A DNA stretch of 64,000 nt, taken from NCBI RefSeq assembly GCF_037042905.1, contig NC_087245.1:35838001-35902000 (forward strand), in the 5' to 3' direction. Each line of letters starts with the position of its first letter. Position 1 is the stretch's first letter. Origin of the DNA: Lytechinus pictus (taxonomy: Eukaryota). Below, one piece after another: positions 1 to 13,199 of this stretch. A program made the position numbers and the translations under genes. The notes below the pieces were generated by a model. The model saw only the letters and a list, made by a program, of their open reading frames with translations, did not search any database and was not told the DNA's origin.

Positions 1-87
1 ACAACCGATTTTGATGAAATTTTCAGTGTTGTGTTTGTTGGATTTTTCTCCTTTTATTCAAACCAGCTTCTTATTGGGGTGGACTTG
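1..87. mobile_element. Terminal fragment of a Kolobok-like non-autonomous DNA element (family also at ~5958-6520 and ~16760-17281)
   Basis: ccgattttgatgaaattttcagtgttgtgtttg matches 6430-6470 and the reverse complement of 16815-16850. Confidence 0.5.
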
Positions 88-347
88 TGTAGGGTTTTTG
101 CTACAGAAATGATGCGAGCGTGAAGCGCGAGCTGAAAATGTTTATATTCCAATTTGAAAAGCGAACATTTTGAGCACGAGTTTAAATAAAGAACGAGTTG
201 TGTATGTCAATCTCGCTTGCTGATTTCTGTGTAACATTACAATCTCATTTTATTTTTGCACATGCGGAATTATTGGGAGGGCAAAACGATATGTTTGCAC
301 CCCAATATTATCATTGGTGGGGCGATCGCCCCCCCCCCCCCCCCCTG
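88..347 (-). mobile_element. Fragment of the hAT-like element family seen intact at 51156-51966
   Basis: Reverse-complement similarity to ~51180-51420 (aaataaagaacgagttgtgtat, gcaaaacgatatgtttgc, ggtggggcgatcgcc, poly-C). Confidence 0.7.
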
Positions 348-659
348 CGCAGGAGGTGGGGGAATGTGCAGATCGATATATCTAATATAGGCCTATACAA
401 GTTGAGAGCAAAAAAAGAGGAAATACCCTGGCGCCGCTCTTTTCATATATTTGGCTCTTACGGGCCAGGTTTAACTCTATTTTTATTCGAGCAAAAATCA
501 TCGTGAAAGAGCAACTCTTAGTGACGTTGCAAGAATCGTAACGTATATTTTCGATCAAAAAATTTATTATGTCTTGCTTTTATTTTGTGGGAGCGTTATG
601 GTCTAGATGCAGTGACATACAGGTGGGGGGTTGAGGCGCTTGTCTCCATTTTTTTTTGT

Positions 660-928
660 GAAAATGATGAAAATCCATATTTTATTGTTCGAAATTAATA
701 CACATGAAATGAAATACTCCGAAAATTTGCTTTGCCCAATTGATCGTGGGCCCGGCAGCCGCTGTGTAGCGCCAGATCGACGAGGCTCTATCCCTTTAAT
801 CGTTGAACGCCAAACAGGGTAGCAGCAACTCCCATCTTTTAACGTCTTTTGGTCTGACGCGGCCGGGGTTTGAACCCCCGACCTCCCGGTTGTGAGACGG
901 ACGCTCTACCAACTGAGCCAACACACCA
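660..928 (-). mobile_element. tRNA-derived SINE with a Meta-domain-like centre
   Basis: Minus strand reads ggtgtgttggctcagttggtagagcg...gggggttcaaacccc (A and B boxes), then gtcagaccaaaagacgttaaaagatgggagttgctgctaccctgtttggcgttcaacg, which resembles the MetaSINE central domain as I recall it. Confidence 0.8.
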
Positions 929-1114
929 GTTTTTCGCGACCAAGAAAAGGAAAGAGAAAAGTGTTAAATATATCATTTTCTCTGAATGTTGTCAAAATCT
1001 ATCACAAAATTAGATTTTCATAATAAAAATGTCGAAATTTTTGCTCACTCGCAGTAGAGTATATAGGCCTACACATAGTAACTGCGCTATATAAAGAGAC
1101 CGTATGACATTCCA

Positions 1115-1285
1115 TTATTAGTATTATTAGTATTATTATTGATATTATTGTTATTGTTATTAATAGTATTATTATTATTGGTATTATTATTATTATTATT
1201 ATTATTATCATTATTATTATTGTTATTATTATTATCATTATTATCATTATTATTATTGTTATCATTATTATTATTATGATTATTA
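1115..1285. repeat. (ATT)n microsatellite, degenerate
   Basis: Direct inspection; explains the poly-I and poly-N ORFs. Confidence 0.95.
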
Positions 1286-1932
1286 ATTAATTGCAAATTT
1301 GAAATTTGTTGGTGACCTCCTTGCAACAAGAAGTGTAAACTAATTTGCTAATAAATCAATCTATTAGTTATAAAGTTACAACATAAATTTTGCAATGGAT
1401 TTCAAATATTTCTTACAACAACCCCCCCCCCCTTGAAGTTCCTTGCCACCTACCCCAAATCTATTAGTTGTGAGAAGATAAAAACGTTGCTGATACGAAA
1501 ACTAAACATCAATAACAAAAAGGGGACTATAATCTAATAAAGAAGATATATTTATATTGCTGTTGCAGTGGCAAAGGAGAGAGGAACTTTGCAAATAATC
1601 AAGGTCTCCAGGAATTAAATACGAAGGGAGGTCATTGAAAGAAAGATGGCTTTCTTAACACGATTGCCACTATGGAAAAGGGATAAAAATAATGTCAAGA
1701 AATATCACAAAGCTTCAAATATGAATGTACAGAAAGAGGATACAATGCAAGGTAAGCACTGTAACGCAAAAGAGGTGGACCATGTCTGGCTTTGTCATGT
1801 GCAATACTTCAGTTGTTGGATTTATGTCTTGGCTCTAATAATCATTCCTGCAATATATATTGAATCATAATTTTGTTATTAAATCTAATCTTGACTGATT
1901 ACTATTTTTTTCTCTTTTTTTTTCTTTCATAG

Positions 1933-2074
1933 ACTAGTCGGTCATCATGGTGATATGTCCATGTTCATCTTCTCTGTAAAGCCTTATGCTAATGCCACGC
2001 CATACTTGATCGGTATTGCCATGGGATATATTCTGCATATACTAAAGAACAAAAGAGTTCCAAGATTGCATGTG
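1933..2074 (+). CDS. NRF-6 (nose resistant to fluoxetine 6)/O-acyltransferase-like protein, internal exon
   Basis: Polypyrimidine tract + AG at 1931-1932, GTAAGT at 2075; translates LVGHHGDMSMFIFSVKPYANATPYLIGIAMGYILHILKNKRVPRLHV (KPY..PYLIG..GYIL motif of the acyltransferase-3/NRF-6 family). Confidence 0.85.
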
Positions 2075-2305
2075 GTAAGTAATATATATTGTCTCTCCCG
2101 TGTTTTTTTTTATTTTGGAATTTGAAGAGGAAAAATGGTCGAGATACGAAATGTTTGTTGCATTTATGACCTGAACAGTCGTTCAGAACTGTTTTCAAAC
2201 TATTTTTACCTGTGGAAGATTCTGTGTCGATTGTCCAAAAACCGTTCAGTACCTTACAAATTTACTTTGTTGAATGAGGTCAACATGGATGACATGAAAT
2301 AAAAT

Positions 2306-2493
<188 letters not shown>

Positions 2494-3201
2494 TCTATTA
2501 ATGTCTGCATATTGGGGAAATAATAATCTCATTGAATATGGAAGTATTAAATCAAGTGTCAAAGAAGGCATCGATATGAAAATATCTTGATCTTAGAATA
2601 GCTGAAAAAGCTATTCAAACTTGGCTCATGTATGAAATATGTACATGTATAGGAGGAATGATGGACTGGTTTGATTTGCGGGGAGGGAGCATGAGGTCAA
2701 AGGTTACAGAGGTCATTAAGACATTGGCATATCTCTTGTTTGATAACTTTAGAAACGTTTTAGGGTTAAACCTCAAACTTGGTTCATTTATGCTTAATAA
2801 TGTAAGTGATTTTAGTCTGTTACGATTTTGGGGTCATAATCAAAGAAATATCACGAGTTAGGTACAATGTATGAAACCTAATCTTGATTTCGCAAATTAT
2901 GCGGAATCATTACTTTCGATTGTACTGTTGAGAGTCCCTCAAGCAGCAATGAAATCAAGGCCGGCCATGGTCTTGACCTCAGGTCGCTTCATATGTACAA
3001 AGTCTATCAATGGGAAAAGATGATCTCTAGTGGCCTTGTGACTGGCAGAAGTATCGGCCTCGTCTATAACCCTTCACATCAGTAATTCATTATCAATCAG
3101 TCTAACATCATAGCGAGAAACAGTTCTATAGACCATTTCGGATTGTAAGGGGTAATAGAAAAAGTTGCAAAATATGTTTTTATGTTATTTTTTATATTCA
3201 G

Positions 3202-3403
3202 ATCATAGTTGTACTTGGTTGGTTGACATCCTTTGCCATTGGAATGTCCCTGGTGTATGGTCTGTATAGTATTTTCGATCACCCAGGGATGGAGCTCGTT
3301 CCTCTGGACAAGACTCTTAATGTTCTGTATGGCAGCATCGGCAAACTTGCCTGGACATTGGCTATGTCCTGGGTAGTCTTCTCCTGTCATCATGGCTACG
3401 GAG
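3202..3403 (+). CDS. NRF-6/O-acyltransferase-like protein, internal exon
   Basis: ttcag acceptor, G|gtaatt donor; IIVVLGWLTSFAIGMSLVYGLY...LAWTLAMSWVVFSCHHGYG; phases match both neighbouring exons. Confidence 0.9.
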
Positions 3404-3976
3404 GTAATTAACTAATCTCCTTAATGGTCACTCCTTAATCGGCGAATATGCAGTCAGTTAGGAATGGAAACGATTTCGTTCCACTTCCTAATTAGTGAAT
3501 TACGTGTGGAACAAGGTTTAGTTTCAATCCTTTATGAGTGGATTCATAGTGAATTTGGAGTGAAAGAAAAGGTTTGATTTCACTCCATAACCTGGAAAAG
3601 ATTAGCTATACTCCTTATTGACTGAATTAATAGCGAATAAAGAGCGTTAAAGAGTTTAGTTTAACTTCTTAATGAGTGAAATTACAGTAAGTAGTGTATG
3701 TAAAAAGTTTTGTGTCACAGCTTAAGGGAATTTATAGTGAAGTTATATTTTCACCACTTAATAAATGAAAAAAAAATGAGTGTAAGTGCATGTCGGACCC
3801 AAAATTGCTCAAAAAAAACATGATTTTGAATGCGTAGTCAATGCAAATTGTGTTTTTATTTTCAACCAAAAATTGTGATTGTATTGATGTTTTGCTAGTT
3901 GAAACAGATTTTTTTATTGATATTTATGATCGCAAAAGGGCCCCCAACATCTCATCTGTATTGTTCATTATTACAG

Positions 3977-4119
3977 GTGTGATAAATCGATTTCTTTCCT
4001 GGAGATTGTGGATCCCTTTGTCTCGATTGACGTTCTGTGCGTATCTACTACATCCTGCTATTATTTATCTCTTCACTGGAACCGTTACAACGAGCTACAA
4101 TGTAACCGTCATCGATCAG
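3977..4119 (+). CDS. NRF-6/O-acyltransferase-like protein, internal exon
   Basis: ttacag acceptor, CAG|gtaggc donor; (G)VINRFLSWRLWIPLSRLTFCAYLLHP is the characteristic NRF-6 family motif. Confidence 0.92.
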
Positions 4120-4667
4120 GTAGGCCAGTGTACAGCATGGTTTACCAAGTAAACTTACTGATTGAAAAGAAAATAATGAATTGTAATATATGGAACAACC
4201 TATTTTCATTTAACCATTGGTGTCGATGACTGACATGTATTTTGTTCTGTGAGGATTTTTAAAGTTAAGGTGTTTTTTTTTTGGGGGGGGGACGGGGTCA
4301 GTGTCGCAACAAGTCCAAGATTTTTAAGGAGCCAGACATGGTATAAAGGGCAGAATCTATATTTAAAAAAGACAGCGGACCGGGCGAGTAAAAATATTAC
4401 CTTTATACAAAAAATGCTGATTAAAAAAATACTCCATCCCTACCTGCATTATGTATTGAATGAGAAAAAATATATTTCACCTTTTTTTGTTTTCCTTTCC
4501 TTTCTTTCCTCCTATGTTGTGGGGAGGGGGTATTCTTTAAGACCGTAGTGTATGTGTTAGCTTATTTCTTCAACAAGACTACATGTAAAGACTAGACCAA
4601 TAATGCGAGCGCGAAGCGTGAGCTGAAACTTGGAAAAAATGACCATACCATTTTGAGGACTCTTGTC

Positions 4668-5090
4668 GTTTTTGTCTCACCTGCATAGCAGAGCGAGACT
4701 TTATGCGCCGCTTTTTTTACGACGGCGGCGGCGTCGTCAACATAAAATCTTTTGAAGTTTTTGAAATGACATCATGAAACTGGGACATATGGATTATCAA
4801 GTAATATTGAACATCCTGCCTTGGTTTCAGGTCACATGACCAAGGTCAAAGGTCATTTAGGGTCAATGAACTTAGACCATGTTAGGGGAATCAATATCGA
4901 AATCTAACCTAATGTTAAGTTTTTGAAATGTCATCATAACTTTAATAGAAAGTACGTGGACCTAGTTCATTAAACTGGGACATATGGATAATCAAGTATT
5001 ACTGAACATCCTGCTTGAGTTTCAGGTCACATGACTAAAGGTCAAAGGTAATTTAGGGTCATTGAACTTTGGGCATATTGGGGGTATTTG
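4668..5090 (+). mobile_element. Helentron/HINE-like non-autonomous element fragment with internal tandem units
   Basis: Starts ttttgtctcacctgc, has a (ggc)n/cgtc tract, then two copies of a unit containing caggtcacatgac..ggtcaaaggtca..tagggtca (~4757-4875, ~4918-5070). Confidence 0.5.
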
Positions 5091-5312
5091 CACAGCCGGC
5101 CCACCCCCCCCCCCCCCTTTGAAAGGCACAATTAAACTTTGTACTGTAAATATGCCGTTCAAACACAAGTGTCCCCCCTCCCCTTTGACTTTGAAAGTGA
5201 GGACCTTTTTTTTTTCTTCCTTTTTAGTGCTTGCTTGTCAAATTTTTTCGTGGACCAAATGTCCTTAATTTTGGGGTGAAAACCTTTTTTTTTTAATCCT
5301 GGATCCGCCCAT
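5090..5312. mobile_element. hAT-like poly-G/poly-C MITE, partial
   Basis: Ends atcctggatccgccc; same family as 23482-23693. Confidence 0.6.
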
Positions 5313-5957
5313 GCGACAGGTTTTTTTCCCGTTTGCGTTAAATATTGGTATGTTTTACATTCCAAGCTGTATTGATATTCTATTTCCAAGGCAGTGTGTG
5401 TACTTATGTTTCTAATGTGTTATTAAAATGTGGCGATAACACTGGTATTTCTTTTTTTTTATACAAATTCTATTTTGTTAATACTTTTTATATTAAAATG
5501 AAAATGTAACTAAATCCTGTCAACCATATTCCACTCATGTTTAATTCATGTTGTGTCTTGTCATACGTAAGTGATTATCTATTAATCTGAAATATTTATG
5601 CATCCTACTTTTTAGTACATTCTTTTAAAAGCTTGCATGTCTACGTATTAATCAATGTCTGGCACATGTGGGAATTTGGAGTAGTAATTGATTTATTGAA
5701 AATAGATCGATGAAATAACAGTTTTGAATTCATGGACGTCCATACATGTAATAACGTGTATACCATCAGTCAATAGATTATTTCCACATAAAATCAGAAA
5801 TGAAATACATGAAAATCAAGAATTATTTGCCATAGATACCTTCACTCCTAATAACGTGCATCCAAGTCTAATTTCATCTTCGAGAGCCCTTTGAAGATTA
5901 TAGCAGAACAAGATAGCCAATTTCAGTGACAATTACAAAATACAACTGTTCTCCAAT

Positions 5958-6520
5958 GGGGTATTTCAGGCTGGAAAGAAGTACATCTAAATAAATAGTG
6001 AAATTAACAAGAGCAAAACGCTGAAATTTTCATCTAAATCTGATAACAAAGAATGAGGTTATAGAATTTCGAAATTCATAAATATTTTAACAGTCACATG
6101 TTTATGCACACCGTCATGAATATGCAAAAAAGTGGGATGATGTCATGTCCCCACTTCCCTGTTTTCTGTCACTACATGATATAATTATTTCATATTTTCG
6201 TATACGTTTGTGTATGTAACAAAATAAGTTGCAGCAATCACCTCACACGTTAAATCAGTGGTTAATCAAAGTTTGCATTCTTCGAGGACATTTTTTTAAT
6301 AAACATAATTTCATATTGTAAAAAACAAAATAATATATAAGTGGTGATACATCATCAGTTTTCTAATTGCATAGAACGGTATCACCGAAATAATGCATAA
6401 CTGCAAAATGTCATAACTGTTATTCATCGTCCGAGTTTTGATGAAATATTCAGTGTTTTTCTTGTCCGATTCAACCTGTTTACCCATTCAAATTATTTTG
6501 TTTTCGGCCTGGATTACCAC
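5958..6520. mobile_element. Kolobok-like non-autonomous DNA element, degenerate
   Basis: Long imperfect inverted arms; similar to 16760-17281. Confidence 0.5.
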
Positions 6521-7369
6521 CCGAGTTTTTGCTTTAGGAACAATTCGTAATCATCGAAAATGGGTTTGTTCATGGCCGTTCGCAGCGGGGCAGTTGCCCC
6601 AAGAAAATTGGAAAAATTAACTCTTTTTTTTTTACTGAAAATTGTCACAAAATTCACTATAAGTATGCACAAAATCCTTCAGTTTCATGCAAAAGCTTCT
6701 CGCTTTCGAGTTTCTTTTTAAAAAGTTTACGCTTCCTGCCCCCCCCCCCCCATCCAGCATGGCCATAGTTTTGTTGAGTATCCCGGAGTAGGTTTTTATG
6801 AAATCATCTTATGTAAACGGAGTTGTGGTTAAAAGCGTTGTATGTATAAAAAATTGAAAACTTGCGGGGAGGGGGTGTTATTTTTCCCAGACTACAATTC
6901 GTATCTTAAAAACAATCTGTCCATGGTTGTATATTGTTGATTTACTTCTTATTTGGCTACAGCTGTTTCAGCAAAAACTGTTACATATTTTTGTAGCCAA
7001 AAATGAATAAAAGCATGAAATACTAGATGTTACTTTCTGTCTACCACGAAATTATTCTTAACTTATCCATATACCAACTTGTGAAAACTCTGCTCACAAA
7101 GATGAGGACATATAGGCTGGCGATAAGGACAATATAAAACCCTTTTTCGAGGCTTGCGGTTTTGAGTTTTACTGTACTTAAAAAGCAAAATATTAAGCTG
7201 GCAGGGTGTGAACATGAAAACTTTATTGTACTAGTATTCTGCTTCATATTTTTCCAATGATGTATAGTCCTGAGTGATTGGCCTAATTGTGATGGCTTCT
7301 GACATAGTCTTAAAAACAAATAGTTGGCTCACGCATATCGGGTCCATGAATATATCATGTTCTAGATCA

Positions 7370-10082
7370 TTTATTTATTTATTTATTTCGTTTTGTTTAC
7401 CCAGGGTAACCCCATCAGTGGACTAAGCACTGTTTTTCTTGGGGGCCCTGCATACAAGTAACAAATACATACATATAATAAATACAAACAATGAAAAACA
7501 AGGAAGAAAATATGTTCAAAGAGACAAGCAACCTGCAGGACATACAGACATACTGAAATACATGTGTGTATAAGTAGAACAAAAGTCAACATATTGTGCA
7601 TATGCAAATCCATATAACTATATATTCCCTATGATCATATGATTATTGATTAATTTTGTGTTTAAATATTTGTTTGCTTGTCCCTGGAACCAGCCAGATA
7701 GGGGTAGTTATTTTAATTCAGTAGTTTCTCGCTCTCCAATAAGATGTAGCGAAGGATTGCCTCGAGACTGCACTACGGGTACCACTATCCAGCTGGTTCC
7801 AGAGAATGGCAGCACTATGAGAAAAGGCCTTTTTTCCAGCCTGTGTGCGTACAAGCGGTACCACTACACCATTCTGGACTGAGTTTCTAGTTCTGTACAA
7901 GTGGACATTACTAGATCTTACTACGAGTTCAGAGAGATATATTGGCGCTTCCTCGTTAAGGATAATGTGTATTGTTTTACATCTATGGTATTTCCACCTT
8001 TCTTCAATCGACACCCATTTGAGTCTATGGAGCACCTGTTCAATAGGTGTAGAAAAATTAACTTTTAGGATTAGACGGGCCGTTTTCTTATGCTGTCTGA
8101 TTAAGCCATCCTTAAGATACTGTGCACACATGCTCCAAGAATTACTACAGTAATCAAAGTACGGTAATATAAGTGAATTAGCTAAGACTTTTGAACTGTC
8201 AATCGTGAGGTATTTTCTAAGCCTACTGAGAAGAGCTATCCGTGAGCCAATCTTCTTCATTGATTCTTCTACATTCTTTTGCCATGTCATGGTATCATCC
8301 ATCCATACACCTAGATATTTATAATTACTGACTCTTTCAAGCACATGGTTATTAACAACTAGGTTAATATCATCACAGGTTGGTAGTTTCCTGGGGGATC
8401 CAAAAATCATGTATTGCGTTTTAGATGAATTTAGCCTCAGATGGTTTTGTGTCAGCCATTTATTCACAAGTTCAAGTTCTTTGTTTAATACTAATTCAAT
8501 CTCATTGATATTTTCAGCACTATAATACAGTATAGTGTCATCAGCATACATCATAATGTGACAATTATCTAGAATGCTGGGTAATTCATTCACCATAAAA
8601 ACAACAGAGGTCCGATAATCGAACCTTGCGGAACGCCTGTCTTGACATTAGTAATGTCAGACAAGGTTCCTTTGACAAATGTACGTTGGGTTCTTCCAGA
8701 TAAGTATGATTGAATCCAGGTAAGCTCTCTGCCTTGAACACCATAGAAGGGAAGTTTCTTTAGCAACAATTCATGACTGACAGAATCAAAGGCCTTTTTA
8801 GGTCAAGATATACGACACCTGTTAGACGGCCATGGTCTATTTGCTTCAGAAGATAATCAGAGAAATAGGTAAGTACAGTATTCGTTGAATGGTTTTTCCT
8901 AAAACCGGATTGCTGTTTTACAAACAGATCATTATCACTAAAATGGGCATGGAGTTGATCATGAACCACTCTTTCAAGAACCTTCATTATGATGGGAATA
9001 ATAGATATCGGACGATAATTATTTGGATCCTGTTTATCACCATTTTTGTATATAGGTGTGACTTTAGCAGTCTTCCATTCATTTGGTATTAGCCCGGTCT
9101 GGAGAGAAACATTGAAAATCTGAGTCAATTGTTCAGATATTATTGGGGCGGCTTCTTTGAGCAATTTAGGGTCCAAACCATCTATCCCTGTTGCCTTTTT
9201 AATGTCCAGTGCTTTCAGAATCTCTAGTACACGCTGAGAGTTGATGTCCGTGAATGCAAAATTATGGTTACAAACAACTCGATGCAAGTTACCGTCATCA
9301 TAATGTTGTGGGGCACCCTCAGATATAACACCAAAATTTGCAAATGAATGGTTTAGGACGTTTGCTATCTCGAGTGGTTCATGAATGTACTCATCATTTA
9401 CTCTTAGACATTCAATGGAAGATTGGACATTACTGCCACTGAGACCTTTCAAGATTTTCCACAGTTGAGCGGGGTTTCGTTTATGCTCAATTATATTAGT
9501 TACATAGTAATCCTTCTTTAAGACATGTCTATAATTATTGATATGATTCCTACAAAAGCGATACTGTTGCCAATGGATACTCAGTCCACTAACTTCTGCC
9601 CTTCTTTTTAGCCTATCCCGTTCATATGATAATTTGATATACTCATCGTTTACCCAAGGTGTTTTTTGCCCTCTTACTCTCATAGTTACTACTGGAGCAT
9701 TTCTATCACAAGATTCTACAAACTCTTGTTTCCATGCATTCCACATTAAGTTAACATCTTGAGTTTGGAGTTGCCTCCCTAAGTCAGTCTTGGAAAGATC
9801 TTCCAAGAAACATTGTGTGTCGAATCTCTTGAAATTACGAAAGATTACAGTTTTGGGTTTAATCTTTGGTCTATGTAATTTCCTTACAAAATACACAAGA
9901 CTATGATCACTCAATCCTTCAGACAGAACACAACTTTCTACAATGTTATGAGAGGTATTTGTTAGAACAATATCAATCAAACTTACACTTGTTTCAGTAA
10001 TTCTGGTTGCACTTTGAATAACTTGTTTCAACTTATGGGTTCTACAGAGTGACAGAATTAACTGTGACTTTTTTAGAAGTCC
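7370..10082 (-). mobile_element. 5'-truncated non-LTR retrotransposon (L2/Crack group of the CR1 superclade)
   Basis: C-terminal part of an AP endonuclease (TRIT..SLID..SDH), RT motifs, 3'UTR with a terminal stem-loop (cagggccccc...ggggttaccctg) and an (AAAT)n tail at ~7370-7388; frame closes upstream at ~10083; no TSD seen. Confidence 0.93.
7718..10082 (-). pseudogene. LINE ORF2 (endonuclease + reverse transcriptase) with two frameshifts
   Basis: NYRPISI, QSGFR, DLK(KAFD), GVPQGSIIGPLLF, YADDT, YKYLGV; frameshifts at ~8795 (A-run) and ~8600 (T-run); the frame between them reads cleanly. Confidence 0.92.
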
Positions 10083-10273
10083 TTAATCATCATTAGCAGG
10101 TCCCTCGAAGATGACCTAGATCTGGAAGTCCTCAGGTTGATCGCATACGTTTCCACGCTAGTTTTTAGCAGTCCCGTCACATAACCATGCATGCAGGGGA
10201 AAATAATTCTCTTCATGAATTACAGAAAATTGTATTCACACATAAAAATAGATTTAGTCTGTGTGTGTGTATC

Positions 10274-11332
10274 TTAGACCTCATCTGATATTCTTCTGAG
10301 GTGATTATGGTGTTTTGTCAATGCCGCTGCAGCTGCTGCTGCTGCAGATGCCCTACGAGTGGTAAGTGGCGACCCGATGAGTCCCTGACGCGGTAAGGTC
10401 GGCGATCGCGGAGACGTCGGTGACATGTGTCCCGATAGTGCCTGAATCTGTAACGGCTTTGAACCTCTGCCATCTAACGGCGATGAAGGGACTGAAGAAC
10501 CCCTCCTTGAAGTCACTGAGGAGTTCACCACGCGTCCTCCTACATGCCCTATGAGATTCGGTTGAGTGTTTTGACGACGAAGTGGTGGTCTCTTCCGTCC
10601 GAGTCTTCCCTGTTGTATCGATTCTATGATATATTGCTTTTCTTCCCAGTCCCGTTTGGTGATCCATCCCAGGGAGTCTGCATCGATCATGTCCATAGTG
10701 CTCCGTCTCATCAGATATCGTGATCGATCACAGTGCTGCCGTGACGGATGATGGTACTCATTCGAATTTGGTAGACTAGTCGAATCGTCACTCGTAACGA
10801 TACTATCCGGTGTGTCGCGTTCGTAGGTCGTGTAATCGGTTTGATCCGGTTCGTCCTCTGCCATACTGGCAAGCCGTGGCGGTCGGCTGTCTTCGGGCGT
10901 CATAAATCCAGGCGAAACGATGCCGAAATCTGACCCGAATTGAATCGAAGCGCGAGTTGGGCTAGTTCGTCTTATAAGAAAATTTTCCGGCGGAGATGGT
11001 GATCCAAACTGTATGCTTTGTCGTCGCTGGAACGATGAAATCCCAACGTGTTCATCTAGATCTAATTCCACATCTTGGTGTTCGCCAAATAGAATGTCGT
11101 CATCCGAAAGAGGCTCCAGTATCGGTAGTTCACCACATATCGATTCCATATCGATATTTCTCGAGTACTCGGTTGGAAGTCGTATCATTGGATTGTGTTC
11201 GGTTAATTTTCTATTTGCTTTGCTATTTCCCTCGGGGTTTTGCTGACGATAAGATGCAATGAGTAGCTTCATGGCTCGTCGAATACCTTTGATTTCCTTT
11301 CTGACAAGATGATGAGCGTCTTTAATGTTATC
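10274..11332 (-). CDS. Terminal coding exon of an uncharacterised coiled-coil/disordered protein
   Basis: 352-codon open frame, GC-richer than its flanks; tcattgcag|GAT acceptor; ends RRISDEV-stop. Confidence 0.8.
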   Translation of the reverse strand, partial: DNIKDAHHLVRKEIKGIRRAMKLLIASYRQQNPEGNSKANRKLTEHNPMIRLPTEYSRNIDMESICGELPILEPLSDDDILFGEHQDVELDLDEHVGISSFQRRQSIQFGSPSPPENFLIRRTSPTRASIQFGSDFGIVSPGFMTPEDSRPPRLASMAEDEPDQTDYTTYERDTPDSIVTSDDSTSLPNSNEYHHPSRQHCDRSRYLMRRSTMDMIDADSLGWITKRDWEEKQYIIESIQQGRLGRKRPPLRRQNTQPNLIGHVGGRVVNSSVTSRRGSSVPSSPLDGRGSKPLQIQALSGHMSPTSPRSPTLPRQGLIGSPLTTRRASAAAAAAAALTKHHNHLRRISDEV

Positions 11333-12204
11333 CTGCAATGATAAAATTAATTTAGAATGATTAAAGAGTATGTGCGCGTGCATTATTTACATTTTCCAAA
11401 TTCATGACTTTGTTTCCATGCACAGGGTTGTAATTTTCTTCTGATAGTGAATCGGAGCTGACTCGGCTGAGAATATCTTTGTTTCTTTCTCAATTTCTTC
11501 CTAATTTCTGCCTTCCTTTCTTTTTTCCTCCCTTTCTTCGCCCCTTTCTTTAATTCTTCCTTTCTTCTCTCTTGTTTTTCCTCTCTTCCTTCCCTCTTTT
11601 CCATTTCTTCTTTCCTTCTTTCTTTCATTTTCCTTAAGTTTGTTTCTTTCATATATTTCATTCATTCATTTATCATGTTTATATTTTTATCTAATTTTGT
11701 TCACTTATTTTATTGAATATTTTTCTTCATTCTCGATTTCCTCCTCTCTATTACCCCCACCCGCTTCTCTTACTATGACTATATATATGTGTATATACAC
11801 ACATGGTATCATAATATCCAAATCGATACATGATTAAAGCGAACAGGTCATGATACCCCAGATCCTATTGAGATCTATTAACGATGTTGACGGGCCCCAA
11901 TCATCAGCGGAGTAGCTTTTGAATAAGACAAGAAAAAAGATATACGACCTCCACATGCGGCATATTGTCGCCATATTCTTTATATCATTGATTTTACACA
12001 GCTTTATGACTTCGGGGTGAGTTGAGAAAAGAACAATGTGAACGAGTAGACAGTATAACTGTAATGTTTCGAATGTTCCACCACTTGCCCGTCGGCTCTT
12101 TTGGTGTATCTAATTTTAAACTGGTAATTTGGCATTATAGGGCACAGCTCCCTGCTAATTGCTTTCCCGGGGTCGAACCACGTTTCTGTATTTTAATCCA
12201 TATA

Positions 12205-12475
12205 GGTTGTGGGTTCAAATCCAAGCCATGGTGTAATTTCCTTCAGCAAGAAATTGATCCACATTGTGATGCACCCAACCCAGGTGAGATAAAGGGGTAC
12301 CCGGCAAGAATTTATTCCTTGAAATGCGTGTGCCATGTAAATGATTACGGCCGCCAAGCTATTTTAACCGGGGTAATAATATCCAAGCCCTTTGGAAGCG
12401 AAGAGACGTTATAATCATAATGTGATATGCGATATGCAAGAACTGTCATTATTATTATCATCATCATCATTATTG
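12205..12475 (+). mobile_element. tRNA-derived SINE, 5'-truncated, CORE-like centre
   Basis: gggttcaaatcc B-box, cccaggtgag..ggggtacccgg centre, (att/atc)n tail; homologous to the reverse complement of 27990-28199. Confidence 0.75.
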
Positions 12476-13199
12476 TGATTAAAAACTTATTACCTAGATG
12501 ATATAAAGATTACTGAACTAAACATGCAAACGAGAAAGCGAGAAACACTTTGCTTTCGATTTTGTGATTGGTCAAACCATTTGTACTATGTACTTAGAAA
12601 AAAAAAGGTATTAGTGATAAGAGCTATAAGAAAATTGGGTATTACCATTAGCATTCGCAGAAATTAGCATTAATCATCTAATGGAATCGAAGTCGATTGG
12701 CTTGGGTAAACTATTGTTCTACAATGCGACCAGAATAACACATATTCTTTGTCCTCTCAGTAATAAATAGGTCTGAGTGTCTCATGTTGTGGGATAGATC
12801 GACCAGTAAGCAGCATCCGACAAATTTTGAATCAATAAGATCGAACAATCGTAACATTTCAGTATCGATTGGGGAAATTAGGCGGTATTAATGTAAGCAG
12901 GAAGAATGACAAAACTCTGAAGGGTTCGTTTTATTGCCAGGTGCATTCAATGCTGGCTTTTCGTATCAGTGAGGGTGAAATGAAGTGTTATATCTTCAAT
13001 GTGACAAGATGTCAAAAGGTTTGGGCCACTTGACGGTCAAATTATCGATTCATTGTTTGGGAAGAGTTGTCAAAGAATACAAAAATCAGAGTTACTTCGG
13101 AAGACTTAGCCAAAAGTTTCATACGTATATACCCAGCCGATATTTTCAGTAATTCCTAAATAGTATATAGAAATCAAATAAATAACCGTTATAACTTAC

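Noticed and set aside
5878..5930. FESPLKII as the last NRF-6 exon
   Set aside because: In-frame stop a few codons upstream, no preceding TM helix, and it lies in a repeat
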